NCBI GenBank assembly: GCA_016866675.1
Contig: VGLO01000001.1
Span: 1 to 54,099 of the forward strand
DNA: 54,099 nucleotides
Source: Candidatus Staskawiczbacteria bacterium
Lineage (GTDB): Bacteria > Patescibacteriota > Minisyncoccia > Minisyncoccales > Staskawiczbacteraceae
Reading direction: 5' to 3'
Shown: in pieces, positions 1-10,178 of the stretch
Layout: every line of letters begins with the position of its first letter
Numbering within the stretch: position 1 is the first letter of the stretch
Position numbers and translations under genes: made by a program
Notes under the pieces: generated by a model
Database searches by the model: none
What the model saw: only the letters and a program-made list of their open reading frames with translations
What the model was told of the DNA's origin: nothing

Positions 1-210
1 AACCACTCCTGCGCTAGCGGCACTTGGAACAACTACAGTATCATAGTCTGAGCCATCTGGACAAGCATTATAGCTAAGACTTGTTGCTGAAGTGACAGCA
101 GAGGCATTAGTTGGCACTGTTAATGGTAATACAACAACGACAAAAGCTAAACAAATTACCGTGAATTTACTTATTAATTTTGAATTTTTACTATACATAT
201 TTTTGTTCAT
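1..210 (-). CDS. secreted or surface protein, N-terminal fragment (gene runs off the window start)
   Basis: ATG at 210-208. Translation MNKNMYSKNSKLISKFTVICLAFVVVVVLPLTVPTNASA... is a signal peptide/TM followed by a Ser/Thr/Ala-rich region. The frame is open to position 1. Located immediately upstream of a sortase gene. Confidence 0.5.
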   Translation of the reverse strand, partial: MNKNMYSKNSKLISKFTVICLAFVVVVLPLTVPTNASAVTSATSLSYNACPDGSDYDTVVVPSAASAGVV

Positions 211-295
211 TATTACTTATTATCTAATTTAATTATTTGCATTATATCTTATTATGTGTTTTATGTCAATGGGTCAGACTATTTTGTCACTCGTT

Positions 296-985
296 TTACA
301 ATACATCTAGTACTGCCTGAACCACAATTCTCTCATAATTTTTTCCGGGTGGCCAGCATGAAATAAGTGTCAGTATGTTGTCTTTAGGGTCAAATTCCTC
401 AATAGATACCTCGCTTCCCTTCTTAACAATTTCCTTTTTAATAATTGTGTAAGTATACTGTCTATTATTAAAATTTACAATAACCTTATCCCCACTATTT
501 AGATTGTTTAGGTCAGAAAAGACCCAGTCATACTTAATTTTTGGCCAATTTGGAGGCGCTGAATGTCCTAATACAACCACCTGTCCGCTCTGTCCTGGAA
601 GTACTGACCCAGGATATAAAACTGTTCCCTTATCAAGGTCCTTTGTTAGTATTGTATTATCTGTGCTTTGTCCTATTACTATTGGAGCCTCTATGCCAAT
701 TTGGGGCAGTTGAATTGAGTTTGATTTGCCGGTATGTGGAAATTTTTCTGCGTTTGCCAGTCTTGTATTAGCAACAATATTTTTGTTGATGCTATTTAGA
801 TTTTCATCAGCACTTACAAAGATACTGCTTTCTGGATATGGACTAAAGAAGTCGCTGATTAAAACACTCATCTCTCTGTAGTTAAACAACCAAGAGATAT
901 TATTCCAGCTTATAACCAAAACAATCATAATAAATATTATAATATAAGCCTTAATAAGTTGTTTTTGCTTATTATTAATTTTCAT
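296..985 (-). CDS. sortase family transpeptidase
   Basis: N-terminal TM helix. VVVLGHSAPP (His region), LTLISCWPPG (TLxTC-type catalytic Cys) and ERIVVQA (Arg). Confidence 0.85.
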   Translation of the reverse strand: MKINNKQKQLIKAYIIIFIMIVLVISWNNISWLFNYREMSVLISDFFSPYPESSIFVSADENLNSINKNIVANTRLANAEKFPHTGKSNSIQLPQIGIEAPIVIGQSTDNTILTKDLDKGTVLYPGSVLPGQSGQVVVLGHSAPPNWPKIKYDWVFSDLNNLNSGDKVIVNFNNRQYTYTIIKKEIVKKGSEVSIEEFDPKDNILTLISCWPPGKNYERIVVQAVLDVL

Positions 986-990
986 GATTT

Positions 991-2028
991 TTACACAACA
1001 ATTGCATTGTAATTAATTAGATTACTTATTGCTTCATTCCCAAGTATTATAGAAAATACTATAGCGATTATCATAATAATTGATCTTCTTAAAATCAAAG
1101 AGTGATTATTCTTTTGTTTTAATACAATAATAAGGCATCCAGCAATAGTAGTGACCAATAGATATAAGGTGTACTGTAGTATTGTATTGTTGTTATACAC
1201 TAAAATATTAAGAAATCTTAAGTAATAACTGTCTCCTGAATTATTGTTTGGTGCTGAAAATATTGAGTATCGAGTTGTTCTAGATAGCACTAAACCAATT
1301 TTATCTGTATTTGCAATGACATTTTGGGAGTCATCTAATAAATTATTTTCCTCTGCTATTGATTTAATTTCATCAGATTTTTTTACAACTTCGGGTGTAT
1401 CTGTGCTTTTCGGGACTATATTTTTATTGGCTTCAACAACAGACTCGCTGGTTGCTTTTGGCTTTGGACTACCAAAAAGCTGTACAACGAGTATTGCGCT
1501 ATTTTCACCAAAACCCTGTAAAACCGCAGTTCCAATTTCGTTGTAATTTGGATTAAAAAGATTATCTTTATGAGATGGAGAGTCAACCCACGCGTCATAA
1601 ACATTTTTTGAGTCAGTAAAACCAATTGCTAAGTTTTCTCCAGCATATTTGTAGCTATAACCGGCTTTTGCAAACCAAAACCAAGGAGTAATACCACTTG
1701 GGCTCTGGTGAGCAAAATAACCATTTCTAATCATGTCTTGAGCTTTCAAGTGAGCTGCGTTATCTAGTTCATTGTTTTGTGACAATGTATTTAGTCCGAG
1801 TTTTTCTCTATCACTATTTAATAAGTTTAATAACTCAGCCTTTGTAATATCAGCAAAAAATATGTTTCCTGGAAAAGGTATTGAGCTTAAAGTTAAAAGT
1901 ATCCTAATTAGTAGCAAAGCAACAATAATATATAGCAAAAATTTGCTATTCAAAAAACTGGCAATTGTACTACCATTTATATTAAAAATGTTGTTTTTTG
2001 GGCTGTTATAGCCTAAAGAATAGTCCAT
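991..2028 (-). CDS. CAP/SCP/PR1-like domain protein (YkwD-like) with TM segments
   Basis: GYFAHQSPSG...YAGENLA...DAWVDSPSHKDNLFNPNYNEIG is a typical CAP-domain core. Hydrophobic segments at both ends. Confidence 0.75.
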   Translation of the reverse strand: MDYSLGYNSPKNNIFNINGSTIASFLNSKFLLYIIVALLLIRILLTLSSIPFPGNIFFADITKAELLNLLNSDREKLGLNTLSQNNELDNAAHLKAQDMIRNGYFAHQSPSGITPWFWFAKAGYSYKYAGENLAIGFTDSKNVYDAWVDSPSHKDNLFNPNYNEIGTAVLQGFGENSAILVVQLFGSPKPKATSESVVEANKNIVPKSTDTPEVVKKSDEIKSIAEENNLLDDSQNVIANTDKIGLVLSRTTRYSIFSAPNNNSGDSYYLRFLNILVYNNNTILQYTLYLLVTTIAGCLIIVLKQKNNHSLILRRSIIMIIAIVFSIILGNEAISNLINYNAIVV

Positions 2029-2124
2029 AATCTAATAACTAATTATATAACTAATTATACAATTTGTCAATACAAAAGCCCCGATTTATGTTGGGGCCTT
2101 TTTGTATAGATATACTTAATAATC

Positions 2125-2943
2125 TTACTTGTAATATGCCCTGTCTTTATACTGTAAATAAACATATTCGATTTTTTTTCTTTCTCTTTCCGTTATTTCG
2201 TCTGATAGCAGTGCATTCATTTTTGTTATCTGAGAGTCAATGTCAGATTCTGCATCAAAATAAACAGTCCATCCTTCAAAAGTTTTGACATCTATTGTTT
2301 GTGAAATTATTACATCTCTTACATCAATTCTGAAGTTATTTTTAAGATTTTCTCTAATTTTAGAAACTGAGTTTATTGTTTTTTGCAGAATAGCCTGTTC
2401 ACCCAAAGAAATATCATTCTTGCCTGAAATCCTTAGTATCATTGTATTTTCTGAAATTGATTCTATTTTTTCAAATATTACACCCTCTTCATCAATTGCA
2501 AAACAACTATTATTTTCGTTTTGACAAAATACAGCAAAAGGCGTTCTTTCTTCTATGACTAAATCAACTAGATTTGGTAAAGATTTTTTAATTTTAATAT
2601 TTTTTATTATTGGGAAGGTTGATTTTATTTTTTTAGATAAGCTTTCTTTACTTAAAATAAAAATGCTTTGTGTGTCTATATTTACAATACCTGCACTAAA
2701 AAAGTTTTTGTAAGAATGATTCCACACTATGTTTTCGACGCTTACATTATCAACACTCTTGTATCCTGAAACCTTTATATGAGAGATCTGGAAAAATTTA
2801 GAGAAGAATACTAGGTAAAAGATTGATATTATTACTAAAATCAATAACAACCCAAGCCAAAAAAAGGGCTGATGAGTTATTTTTTTTCGTTTTATATCCT
2901 TTATTTTCGGCTTTATATGATTTTTTCTAAATGACATGCTCAT
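2125..2943 (-). CDS. ftsQ: cell division protein FtsQ/DivIB-like (POTRA)
   Basis: Basic N-terminus, single TM, then a POTRA-like region (ISHIKVSGYKSV...). Overlaps the upstream gene by 4 nt. Terminator hairpin GGCCCCAACATAAATCGGGGC plus T-run follows on the minus strand at about 2068-2100. Confidence 0.7.
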   Translation of the reverse strand: MSMSFRKNHIKPKIKDIKRKKITHQPFFWLGLLLILVIISIFYLVFFSKFFQISHIKVSGYKSVDNVSVENIVWNHSYKNFFSAGIVNIDTQSIFILSKESLSKKIKSTFPIIKNIKIKKSLPNLVDLVIEERTPFAVFCQNENNSCFAIDEEGVIFEKIESISENTMILRISGKNDISLGEQAILQKTINSVSKIRENLKNNFRIDVRDVIISQTIDVKTFEGWTVYFDAESDIDSQITKMNALLSDEITERERKKIEYVYLQYKDRAYYK

Positions 2944-3995
2944 AATCCCCTTTTAACTCTTCTAATTGACTCTATTATATAACTAATCCAGTATTTATGG
3001 GAAGTGGGTAAATCCTGAGTTAAAACATATTCATCTTTATATCCACCAAAACCCATTTTAAATAAAGTGGGACCTGAATATGGATGATTTGGGTTTTTTA
3101 CCGGATCTGAGTATCCCCAAAAGTCGTAAATTTTACAACCCTTTCTTTTTGCTTCTTTAATGGCCTCCCACTGCAACAAATATGATGCAGGAATTTTTTT
3201 ATATTCAGGTAAAAGAGCTGCATGGTGGTAAAAAGCCATATTATTCCAAAATATTCCATAAGAAGCTGCAATAACTTTACCTTTATAATTTGCAATAAAA
3301 AGGGCAATTTGTTTATCTGGCTCAAATGCCATAAACTCCTTTCTAAAATATTCTAATGAAAAGGGTACAAAGTTTTGCTTCTTTACCACCTCCAAGTGCA
3401 TTTTGTTAAACTCTTCTACATCTTTAATATCAAAACTTCGTGTAATATGTATATCTTTATTCTTTTCTGCTTGTTTAATTAAGTATCTTGTAGTTTTTCT
3501 CATGCCATTCATTAAATCTTCTTCTGAGGCCTCAATATTGAGCTTCCAAGATGATTCTGGATGTGAATGAAGTGGCCTTAAACTAAATCCAAGACTATTG
3601 AACAATTTGATATTTTCTTCAGTTCTCTCCCAAATTGGACTAATTCTAATAAAATCCACCTTCTCTTCTCTCGCCAATTCCTTTAGTTTAGTTAATAATA
3701 CTTCCAAAACTTTCAATTTTGAATTTTGAGTTTTAAGTTTAAGCGAAACGACTGGTCCATGTGGGACAATTAAATAACTCCCACGCCTTGCGGTATGTTT
3801 AATGGTTAAAGCTACAGCCAACAACTGTCCGTCTTCATATATTCCAAGCCTCCAAATTTTGTTTCCCAAAGATTTTTGAAATTCACCCCAATTCCATGAA
3901 TGCAAAAAACTTTTTCTGTCGCATAACAGCAAAAACTCTTCCCACTGATTTTTACCGTCAAATGACGGATTAATTTCTTTTATTTCCATAAGCAA
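2940..3995 (-). CDS. FemAB-family peptidoglycan bridge-forming aminoacyltransferase
   Basis: Length and motifs (FLHSWNWGEF..., YHHAA..., YDFWG) are typical of FemX/FemAB lipid II peptidyltransferases. The true start may be the ATG at 3989. Confidence 0.8.
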   Translation of the reverse strand: MLMEIKEINPSFDGKNQWEEFLLLCDRKSFLHSWNWGEFQKSLGNKIWRLGIYEDGQLLAVALTIKHTARRGSYLIVPHGPVVSLKLKTQNSKLKVLEVLLTKLKELAREEKVDFIRISPIWERTEENIKLFNSLGFSLRPLHSHPESSWKLNIEASEEDLMNGMRKTTRYLIKQAEKNKDIHITRSFDIKDVEEFNKMHLEVVKKQNFVPFSLEYFRKEFMAFEPDKQIALFIANYKGKVIAASYGIFWNNMAFYHHAALLPEYKKIPASYLLQWEAIKEAKRKGCKIYDFWGYSDPVKNPNHPYSGPTLFKMGFGGYKDEYVLTQDLPTSHKYWISYIIESIRRVKRGL

Positions 3996-4028
3996 ACTTT
4001 ATAAAACTCAATTAAATTATCTAAAAAA

Positions 4029-4056
4029 TTGACAATTAATTCATTTAAACTAGAAT
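4029..4056 (+). promoter_or_regulatory. sigma70-like promoter (TTGACA-16-TAGAAT)
   Basis: TTGACA at 4029-4034 and TAGAAT at 4051-4056. Predicted start near 4063 (AGTTTCG). Confidence 0.5.
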
Positions 4057-4062
4057 TAAATT

Positions 4063-4248
4063 AGTTTCGTGGTTCGGTAACCGCAGTAAGGTTGGGGTGG
4101 GCTGGCACTCTGTCGAGCTCACAGATGCCAATAATTCACAGGGCTGATCATGTCGCCATATATACAGCGACACTGATGATTGGTGAACAGCTCCAACCAA
4201 GCAAATCTTAGACCATCAGGTACACTGCCCTACTTGATGGCTTTTTTT
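4063..4248 (+). ncRNA. unassigned structured small RNA (about 185 nt)
   Basis: GC-rich island with no ORF and its own promoter. Long-range stem GGTTGGGGTGGGCTG/CAGCTCCAACC encloses two hairpins (GGCACTCTGT...ACAGATGCC and ATCATGTCGC...GCGACACTGAT). Ends in terminator CCATCAGG...CTTGATGG plus T7. Confidence 0.5.
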
Positions 4249-5500
4249 ATAAAAATTTTTTCAAAAAATCTACTATTCTTTTTCCGTCCTCCATTGTTAT
4301 ATTAATGTGAGTTGGTAGATTTAAAGTTTCTTTTGATAATTTTTCTGCGTTTTGACACTCACCCATCTTATACTTCATGTCTTCTAATTTTGTATCTCCT
4401 GGGGCAATTGGAGTTGTATACCAGTCGCCCAATAAGATATTCTCCCTGTGCCATGACTCATAAATTATTTCGTGGGCATTTTTGTGTTTTACAGCAAACC
4501 TTAAAAAGCTTTGATTTTCCTGCATGTTGGGCAACTCAAAACTAGTATTTTGCAATTCCTTGTAGTAAAATTTTGCTAATTTTTTTCTGTGATCGTAAAA
4601 TTTATCTAATTTTCTAAATTGATGCAGGGCCAAAAATGCCAAGGCATTTGGCAAAGCTTTTGGAAAATAATCTGGCTTTAATCCCCTTTTTTCTTTCCAG
4701 CTTACCGCTTTTGATAGTAAATGAGCCCATTGAGAGAAAACTAAAAATATTTTTCCAAGATCTAAAAAGCTATATAAAGGTAAAATAACATAGTGCAAAA
4801 GAATTGGATGCAATAATTGCTGTTTTATCCAAAGTAATCTTGGTTGACCAAACTCTTTTTGCAATTGTTCGATTTTTTTTGCTAATCGATCATCATTGGT
4901 CACTGCAAGCCCCCCATAAATAGAAGAAATTACCTTGTCTCTTGAAAAGCTAAAAAACCCTGCCTTACCAAAAGTTCCTAATTTTTGGTTGTTATGATCA
5001 GCTCCCAAAGCATGGGCACAATCTTCAATAACCGTGATATTATGTTCTTTTGAAATATTCATTATTTCATCCATATTCACTGGTAATCCAAATGTATGTT
5101 GAATTACTAAAACTTTTGAATTTAGACTTATAATTTTTGATTTTAGGCTTTCAATATCAATGTTAAAGTCGTTTCCACAGTCAATAAAAACTGGATTTAG
5201 TTTTGCCCACAAAATTGGATTTGGCACAGCATTGCAGGTAAAGGCCTGAATCATTACGTTATTACCGTCTTCTAATTCAAGAGATTTTAAAATTGCGTAA
5301 AATGCAGACCTTCCTGAATTAAAGGAAAAAGCATACTTTACTCCTAGATGTTTTTTAAATTCACTTTCAAGTTGTTTTACTGCACTACCTCTTTTCCAAT
5401 TCCAAGGTTGAAAAATTAATTTTAATGCCAAAAAAACATCGTCTTTTTGAACATTTGGAGATAAAGATATTGAAATTGGTTGAAAATTTTTGTACTTCAT
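4247..5500 (-). CDS. DegT/DnrJ/EryC1/StrS-family PLP-dependent aminotransferase
   Basis: Fold-type I sugar aminotransferase pattern including FSFSRDKVISS (PLP lysine region) and AHALGA. Confidence 0.85.
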   Translation of the reverse strand: MKYKNFQPISISLSPNVQKDDVFLALKLIFQPWNWKRGSAVKQLESEFKKHLGVKYAFSFNSGRSAFYAILKSLELEDGNNVMIQAFTCNAVPNPILWAKLNPVFIDCGNDFNIDIESLKSKIISLNSKVLVIQHTFGLPVNMDEIMNISKEHNITVIEDCAHALGADHNNQKLGTFGKAGFFSFSRDKVISSIYGGLAVTNDDRLAKKIEQLQKEFGQPRLLWIKQQLLHPILLHYVILPLYSFLDLGKIFLVFSQWAHLLSKAVSWKEKRGLKPDYFPKALPNALAFLALHQFRKLDKFYDHRKKLAKFYYKELQNTSFELPNMQENQSFLRFAVKHKNAHEIIYESWHRENILLGDWYTTPIAPGDTKLEDMKYKMGECQNAEKLSKETLNLPTHINITMEDGKRIVDFLKKFL

Positions 5501-5544
5501 ATTATAAGAAATATGTGTTGCTCATTACAAATAGGGAGATTTAA

Positions 5545-5814
5545 ATGAGAATTAGAGAGCTTCATAATATTAGCGCTTCAATTCATATGCTAGCAGATCA
5601 TATTGGTCTCAATAAGTGCTTTATTAATGAGTTTAATAATAAATATAATCAATTAATTGAGCAAATCCACCATGACTTTGAAGTGAAAAATAAGTGCAAA
5701 AATGGTCGATCGAATTCATCTAAGAATATTTCCTTATCAATTGAAAGAAAAGTTCGTCTCCTAAAACAATGGGTAATGCACAACTTAGAGTTTAAGGTTA
5801 AATCTCGTCGCTAA
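5545..5814 (+). CDS. small orphan protein (89 aa), SD-led cassette
   Basis: GGGAG lies 8 nt upstream of the ATG. Terminator GTCGAAC-AAA-TGTTCGAC plus T6 at 5815-5838. Opposite strand to the flanking core genes. Confidence 0.55.
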   Translation: MRIRELHNISASIHMLADHIGLNKCFINEFNNKYNQLIEQIHHDFEVKNKCKNGRSNSSKNISLSIERKVRLLKQWVMHNLEFKVKSRR

Positions 5815-5836
5815 GTCGAACAAATGTTCGACTTTT

Positions 5837-7456
5837 TTATTTCTTATTTAATAATTTTATTATCTCTATTGGTACTCTACCCTCTAATAAAACCGCATCT
5901 CCTGACTTACAAAAAGTTGTAATTAAATTCAAAATCTCTAAAGGCTTTTCAGATAATACGATATTATTTTCATTCATACCAGATAGTGTTGCAGATTCTT
6001 TTAAAATCTTAAATTTATCTTCTGTGGTAATAATTGCTAGATCACAAACTGTAGCTATTTTTTTGCCGATTTGCCTATGCACTTCTTCTGATTTTTTTCC
6101 TAATTCAATTAAGCAAGGCATCACGATGACTTTTTTACCTCCGAAAATAGATAGATAATCTAAGTCAGCTATAACTCCATCTGGGTTGGATGAATAAGAA
6201 GAGTCAATTATATTAAGTCCGTATGCCCCTTTTTTTAAGATAATGCCGGATTGCTTTTGTAATATTTTTTTTGCAGATTTTGAAATTTCTTCAAAGCTCA
6301 TTCCCAATTCTCTGGCAATCAAAATAGCTCCGAGTAAGTTTTGGATGTTTTGCCTACCAATAGCATTAACATTAAAATGACCCGCTTGTCCACCTTTTTG
6401 AATTGCAATAAAATCTAAAAAATGCTTATCAACGGTTATTTCTTTTGAATAAATATCTGCATCCACCCTACTACTTTCTATGCTATACATTTTTTTATCT
6501 ATGTTTGCCTTTTTAAATAAATCCATACAATACTTATTATCTCCGTTGACTACAAGTAATCCATCTTTTTTAAGACAAAAAAGTAATTCTTGACCACCCT
6601 CAGCTGATAACAAGTTTCCCATAGATTTGAAAGTTGCTAAGTGTTGCTCATTTACACCTGTCACAATGCCAATTTGAGGCTTTACAATGTCACATAGCAA
6701 ATTAATACCCCCTTTCTTGTATGACCCCATCTCAACAATAAAAATATCGTGTTTACCATTAAGCTCATTTAAAATTGTTTGAGATATTCCTATTTCAGAG
6801 TTTTTGTGATCTGGGGTAGCTAAAACATTAAACTTTTCAGACAAAATTGTTTTTAAAAATTCTTTTGTTGAAGTTTTTCCGTATGATCCCGTAATTGCAA
6901 TAACCTTTAACTCACCAAATCTTTTTATTTTTTGCGTTGCTTTTTTTATAGTATTGTTTCTTACTAAAACAAAAAATGGTTGCACTAAAAGCACTATTAC
7001 TGAAGCAAAAAAACCTAGAAAAACATCAAAAATAATTAGGTGCAATGAAAGTTTTTCCAAGGATTCATATTTTATTATGCTAAGGTTAAGGTAAAAAATA
7101 GACAAAACTAATAATATAAAGACAAGCAATATAGTTTTTATGGTTGCAACAGGAATTTTTATTGATTTTTTGGCAAAAAGGTAAACAGTTATAAGTGATT
7201 CTCCAAAATATATTAGTAAAACCGGCCAGAAAGCATCAGAAAACCTAAAAATTAATAAAACCAAAAGAGCAACTTTAAGTAAATATAAATAATTGATAAA
7301 TATTTTTTTACCCTTTTTTGTGCGGAAGTGATCAATGAATCTATCTATGTGGTACTCTTTTAACTGCCACAAATAAACCCAAAAAAGAACATTTCTAAAT
7401 GTTCTGGCAATCCAAAAAATGCCTAAAATTACTATAAGATTAACAAAACTAAGCAT
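5837..7456 (-). CDS. murF: Mur ligase (MurF-like) fused to an N-terminal polytopic membrane domain
   Basis: About 175 aa of hydrophobic helices precede the Mur ligase P-loop ITGSYGKTSTKE and the central and C-terminal ligase domains. Confidence 0.75.
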   Translation of the reverse strand: MLSFVNLIVILGIFWIARTFRNVLFWVYLWQLKEYHIDRFIDHFRTKKGKKIFINYLYLLKVALLVLLIFRFSDAFWPVLLIYFGESLITVYLFAKKSIKIPVATIKTILLVFILLVLSIFYLNLSIIKYESLEKLSLHLIIFDVFLGFFASVIVLLVQPFFVLVRNNTIKKATQKIKRFGELKVIAITGSYGKTSTKEFLKTILSEKFNVLATPDHKNSEIGISQTILNELNGKHDIFIVEMGSYKKGGINLLCDIVKPQIGIVTGVNEQHLATFKSMGNLLSAEGGQELLFCLKKDGLLVVNGDNKYCMDLFKKANIDKKMYSIESSRVDADIYSKEITVDKHFLDFIAIQKGGQAGHFNVNAIGRQNIQNLLGAILIARELGMSFEEISKSAKKILQKQSGIILKKGAYGLNIIDSSYSSNPDGVIADLDYLSIFGGKKVIVMPCLIELGKKSEEVHRQIGKKIATVCDLAIITTEDKFKILKESATLSGMNENNIVLSEKPLEILNLITTFCKSGDAVLLEGRVPIEIIKLLNKK

Positions 7457-8228
7457 TATTTAATATGTTTTGAGAAAGCTCTTTTGGAAACTTAGTGTTA
7501 AGCGCGTGCTCGGCCCCACTAATTACAAAAAGCTTTGAGTTAAAAATTCTTTTATTTATAAAGGTTGCCTGGTCATACGGAGTTGAAGTGTCTTTATCTC
7601 CCCAAATTATGACAACTGGGACTTTTATAAAACCAATCTTATATGAAAGGTCTTCAAGTATTATTTTAAGGTAGGTTTCCTTCATTATACCGTTTTGGTA
7701 AGTGTAGTCGCTTTTTCTAATTATAAACTTATAAACGGCCTTTCTAAATTGACTATATAGTGGCAAAAAAGAAAAAATCTTAACTGTTTTAGCTATTTTA
7801 TATAAAATCTTTTTAACTCCTGCATTTTTTCTAACAATGGCAGCTGAAACCAAAAATAATTTTTTAACTTTTTGTGCGTATTTTATAGAATATTTTGAAG
7901 CCAAAGCGCCTCCGAAAGAATGTCCAAGAAGCGAAAATTCACTACTAAGCTCAGGTACATTATTTGTAAATTCTAGCAACCATTCAACATAGTTGTCTAG
8001 ACACCACGCTTCTTTGGGAACATCACTCTTTCCAAATCCTGGTATATCAGGTACTACAACTGTAAACTTTGAAAACAACTCATCTGAAACTTGTTGCCAT
8101 CTGTCTGAGTTTGAGCCCCAACCATGCAAAATAAGCATTGACTCACTTATTTGCCCGCCTACCCTTGAACCATCAAAAACTTTATAATTTGTTTTTAGGC
8201 CTTTTATTATTATTTCTTTTTCCGTCAT
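7449..8228 (-). CDS. alpha/beta hydrolase
   Basis: HGWGSN and the nucleophile elbow GHSFGG. Overlaps murF-like by 8 nt. Confidence 0.8.
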   Translation of the reverse strand: MTEKEIIIKGLKTNYKVFDGSRVGGQISESMLILHGWGSNSDRWQQVSDELFSKFTVVVPDIPGFGKSDVPKEAWCLDNYVEWLLEFTNNVPELSSEFSLLGHSFGGALASKYSIKYAQKVKKLFLVSAAIVRKNAGVKKILYKIAKTVKIFSFLPLYSQFRKAVYKFIIRKSDYTYQNGIMKETYLKIILEDLSYKIGFIKVPVVIIWGDKDTSTPYDQATFINKRIFNSKLFVISGAEHALNTKFPKELSQNILNNA

Positions 8229-8317
8229 TTGATTTTACATAGCAAAGCAAGGAAAATCACTTCGTAATGAAAGCCATATATATAATACATTGTGGCTTGA
8301 AATTACCAAGAACTTTA

Positions 8318-9547
8318 TCACTTCTTCTTAATTACTTTAAATCCGGTGTATTTTTGAAGAACCTTTGGAACCTTAACACTACCATCTTTTTGTTGATAGT
8401 TTTCTAAAATAGCCACTATAATTCTTCCCATCGCAAACGCCGTGCCATTTAAGGTGTGTATAAATTTTAGACTATTATCATTTTCTTTGTACCTAATCTC
8501 TAACCCGCGAGATTGATAGTCGGTACAATTAGATGTTGAATGAGTTTCACGATATCTACTTTGTCCTGGCATCCAAGCTTCAATGTCATATTTTTTGGCA
8601 GCTGGCTTCCCTAAATCTCCCGTACAAATATTAATTACCTGATACGGAATATCCAAAGCTTTCATCAATTCCTCCTCAATAGATAATAATTCTTTGTGGT
8701 ATTTTTCTGACTCTTCTGGTTTGCAGAAAATAAACATTTCCATTTTATCGAACTGATGAACTCTAAAAATTCCTTTTGTATCCTTACCATAACTTCCAGA
8801 TTCACGCCTAAAGCATGTTGAAAAAGCAACATATTTCTTGGCTTTTTTTAAATCTAGAATTTCTTTTGAGTGCATTGCGCCTAGTGATTGCTCTGATGTA
8901 GCAGTCAAATATAATTCATCGCGCTCTAAATAATAGGCTTCCTCATCTGGATGATTTTCAATATAGCCCATAGCTTCAGATTCAGCGGGTTTAATCATAA
9001 CAGGTGGAATTACCGGCACAAATCCTTTTTTAGCCAATAACGAGAAAGTAAAATTAATAAGTGCTGTTTCTAGTATGACAGCCTCATTTTTTAAAAAATA
9101 AAAACGGCTACCAGATATTTTTGCTGCTCTTTCCAAGTCAATAATATCTAATTCTTCACCCAATAAAAAGTGTTCTTTTGGAGTAAAACCAAATTTTGGT
9201 AATTTACCCACCTGCCTTAAAACAATATTTTCGGCATCATCTTTTCCAACTAACACATCATCAAATGGAATATTTGGTATTCTACGATGTAAATTATGAC
9301 GTTTTTTATCGGTATCACTAAAACTCTCTTCTAATCCTTTTAATTTTTCTTTCAATTCCCTACCCTTTTCAATGTCGGCTTTCCCTAATTTATTTTTTTC
9401 AGATCTCAAGCCATCAATTTCTTGCTGAAGGACTCTTAATTCTTTATCCAAATTCAAAAAAGCATCAATATCAACAGTTATGCCTTTATCTGAACTAGCT
9501 TTTTTTACTTTTTCTGGATTTTCTCGTATGAACTTAATATCTAGCAT
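8318..9547 (-). CDS. serS: seryl-tRNA synthetase
   Basis: N-terminal coiled coil plus class II core motifs (FRRESGS..., GTAFAMGR). Confidence 0.95.
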   Translation of the reverse strand: MLDIKFIRENPEKVKKASSDKGITVDIDAFLNLDKELRVLQQEIDGLRSEKNKLGKADIEKGRELKEKLKGLEESFSDTDKKRHNLHRRIPNIPFDDVLVGKDDAENIVLRQVGKLPKFGFTPKEHFLLGEELDIIDLERAAKISGSRFYFLKNEAVILETALINFTFSLLAKKGFVPVIPPVMIKPAESEAMGYIENHPDEEAYYLERDELYLTATSEQSLGAMHSKEILDLKKAKKYVAFSTCFRRESGSYGKDTKGIFRVHQFDKMEMFIFCKPEESEKYHKELLSIEEELMKALDIPYQVINICTGDLGKPAAKKYDIEAWMPGQSRYRETHSTSNCTDYQSRGLEIRYKENDNSLKFIHTLNGTAFAMGRIIVAILENYQQKDGSVKVPKVLQKYTGFKVIKKK

Positions 9548-9549
9548 AA

Positions 9550-9975
9550 TTACTTATTTAATAACGATGACTTATATTTTTCTGGCTCAAAAGATTTAAG
9601 TCTAATTATTTTTATATCCAATCCCATTGCCTTAATTTCTTCCTCTAGTTTTTCTGTAAAATGTGTTTGATCATATCCAAGGCAAATAACATCTGGCATT
9701 ATTTCTTTTATAATTTTGTAAACCGGCACGCCTTCATTTCCCAGTCTAGCAAAATCAACATATTTGGTCTCTTGAATCACTTCAAGTCTTTGGTTTTCAT
9801 TAAACTTTGGCAATTTTTTCTTTATTCTTTCTACAGTTGAATCTCTGCCAACAACAACAACTAAGTATTCACCTTGCTCTTTTGCTTGACGCAAAAAATC
9901 TTTATGTCCTTCGTGCAATCCATCAAATGTCCCAAATACTAAAACTTTTATCATATATTTTTTGATCTTCCGCAA
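9550..9975 (-). CDS. cytidylyltransferase-like nucleotidyltransferase (RibL/FAD-synthase-like)
   Basis: VLVFGTFDGLHEGHKDFL is the (H/T)xGH nucleotidyltransferase motif. Confidence 0.7.
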   Translation of the reverse strand: MRKIKKYMIKVLVFGTFDGLHEGHKDFLRQAKEQGEYLVVVVGRDSTVERIKKKLPKFNENQRLEVIQETKYVDFARLGNEGVPVYKIIKEIMPDVICLGYDQTHFTEKLEEEIKAMGLDIKIIRLKSFEPEKYKSSLLNK

Positions 9976-10178
9976 TTTCTTTGATTGATAATATCCTCTT
10001 TTGCTAAAAACTCTTTTTCTATATCTAATCCAAGCTTGATTCCCACAGCAAACACCATATTAATAACACCTGTGATCTCCTCCCCGGTTTTACTAATAAT
10101 TTCTCTGTCTTTATCGGTGTACATTCCACTTACTTTTCTACATGCTTTTGCCAACTCCCCTATCTCTTCAGTTAGCAT
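9951..10178 (-). CDS. MazG-like nucleotide pyrophosphohydrolase, 5' end apparently disrupted
   Basis: EEIGELAKA...E..DV-type MazG helix pattern. The frame is open upstream to a TAA at 10276-10274. An ATG at 10281 is one base out of frame across an A8 run (see findings). Confidence 0.6.
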   Translation of the reverse strand: MLTEEIGELAKACRKVSGMYTDKDREIISKTGEEITGVINMVFAVGIKLGLDIEKEFLAKEDIINQRNCGRSKNI

